Assembly (NCBI GenBank): GCA_038873195.1
Contig: JAVZEV010000001.1
Coordinates: forward strand, 150,490-214,489
Source of the DNA: Candidatus Bathyarchaeia archaeon
GTDB lineage: Archaea > Thermoproteota > Bathyarchaeia > Bathyarchaeales > Bathycorpusculaceae
DNA length: 64,000 nt
Direction: 5' to 3'
Each line of letters opens with the position of its first letter. The stretch's first letter is position 1. Made by a program: the position numbers and the translations under genes. Of this stretch, positions 63,271 to 64,000 are shown in pieces. Under the pieces are notes generated by a model, which saw only the letters and a list, made by a program, of their open reading frames with translations, was not told the DNA's origin and made no database searches.

Positions 63271-64000
63271 AAGCAAGCGACATTCTCTCCTACTCTTTCA
63301 GTGCAATAAGATTAAGGAAACTTCGGGCGGGTTTAACGACTCTAGGCGTCGTAATAGGCATCGCCGCCATAGTCGCCTTGCTTTCAATCACTCAAGGTTT
63401 ACAGGAAACCATTACTACGCAGCTTCAGAGGGGATTTGCAACTGACACATTGATTGTTTCTGCTGGTGGAGGCGGGGTTTTCGGCGGTGGTGATTCTGGC
63501 TTTAAATTATTCATTAATGACACGCAAACAATTAATGAATTAGAAAATGTTGAATTGTCGATTGCGATAATTCAAAGAGCGGGCGCTATTAATTTTACCG
63601 CTGGGGCTCGAAATGTTACCATAGTAGGTGTTGACTTCGCTGAATATGCAAGCATTTACAGAACTACCTTCGCACCAGAAGAAGGAGGAAACATACCGAG
63701 TAACCCTGCAAATGACGCTATAGTAGTTGGCAAACGCGTAAGTGACCCGTGGAAAAATGGAACAATACTATGCAACGCAAATGACACAGCAACAATCGTC
63801 TGGCTTAACGCAACCGCACGCCCACCAAAATATGAAAACTACACTGGCAACGTCACAGCTGTTCTCCAAGAAATAGGAGGCTTCAGCATAGGCGGACCGT
63901 CAGACTTCAACGTTTACATTCCAATTTCTCAAGCTCAAAGCTTCTTTGGAACAGACGAATGCGATGTAATAATTGTAAAATTGACAAACGATGATAAGGA
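63267..64000 (+). CDS. MacB/FtsX-type ABC permease. The 3' end is cut by the window edge.
   Basis: Own translation: MKASDILSYSFSAIRLRKLRAGLTTLGVVIGIAAIVALLSITQG..., followed by a periplasmic MacB_PCD-like region. ATG overlaps the ATPase stop (ATGA). Confidence 0.8.
   Translation, partial: MKASDILSYSFSAIRLRKLRAGLTTLGVVIGIAAIVALLSITQGLQETITTQLQRGFATDTLIVSAGGGGVFGGGDSGFKLFINDTQTINELENVELSIAIIQRAGAINFTAGARNVTIVGVDFAEYASIYRTTFAPEEGGNIPSNPANDAIVVGKRVSDPWKNGTILCNANDTATIVWLNATARPPKYENYTGNVTAVLQEIGGFSIGGPSDFNVYIPISQAQSFFGTDECDVIIVKLTNDDK

Noticed and set aside
1-64000. CRISPR arrays, rRNA genes and IS-type transposases.
   Set aside because: No regularly spaced direct repeats, no rRNA-like sequence and no transposase-like ORF were seen anywhere in the window.

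Overview
This is an archaeal chromosomal fragment. Evidence: archaeal FtsZ, Trm1, RIO2, an Sm-like protein, an archaeal-type MiaB/MtaB homologue, intron-containing tRNAs, TATA-like promoters and GGAGG-type ribosome-binding sites. It is moderately AT-rich by eye and densely coding on both strands. By gene content it could be a TACK/Bathyarchaeia-like lineage, but that is an inference only.

Housekeeping genes: metG, trm1, ftsZ, pyrH, thiI, rubrerythrin, an HDAC-family enzyme, hutH, and a partial ADP-forming acetyl-CoA synthetase at the left edge.

Transport genes: three ABC-2/MacB-type exporters, a five-gene Opp/Dpp peptide importer, an MgtA-type and a P1B-type P-type ATPase, a CaCA exchanger and an MFS-like protein.

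Accessory blocks:
- An arsenic/redox island at 15.1-20.9 kb, with arsC, an ArsP-like permease, a thioredoxin-fold protein, two ArsR, a DGC protein, an Fe-S protein, Usp and ACR3.
- A PadR plus Cys/His-rich mini-protein pair.
- A roughly 7.5-kb integrase-bearing element at 34.1-41.5 kb that abuts tRNA-Lys.

Main hunt results:
- The integrated element encodes a small two-helix membrane protein whose layout resembles the major capsid proteins of spindle-shaped archaeal viruses. It also has two paralogous ribbon-helix-helix (RHH) genes, missed by the ORF track, with matching operator-like inverted repeats.
- tRNA-Lys(UUU) carries a 32-nt insertion in the T-loop.
- tRNA-Tyr(GUA) appears to carry two introns.
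- An untracked CdrS-like RHH gene sits directly in front of ftsZ.

No CRISPR array and no rRNA were seen. Coordinates I derived myself (small ORFs, tRNAs, repeats) were anchored on ORF-track coordinates where possible, but could be off by a base.
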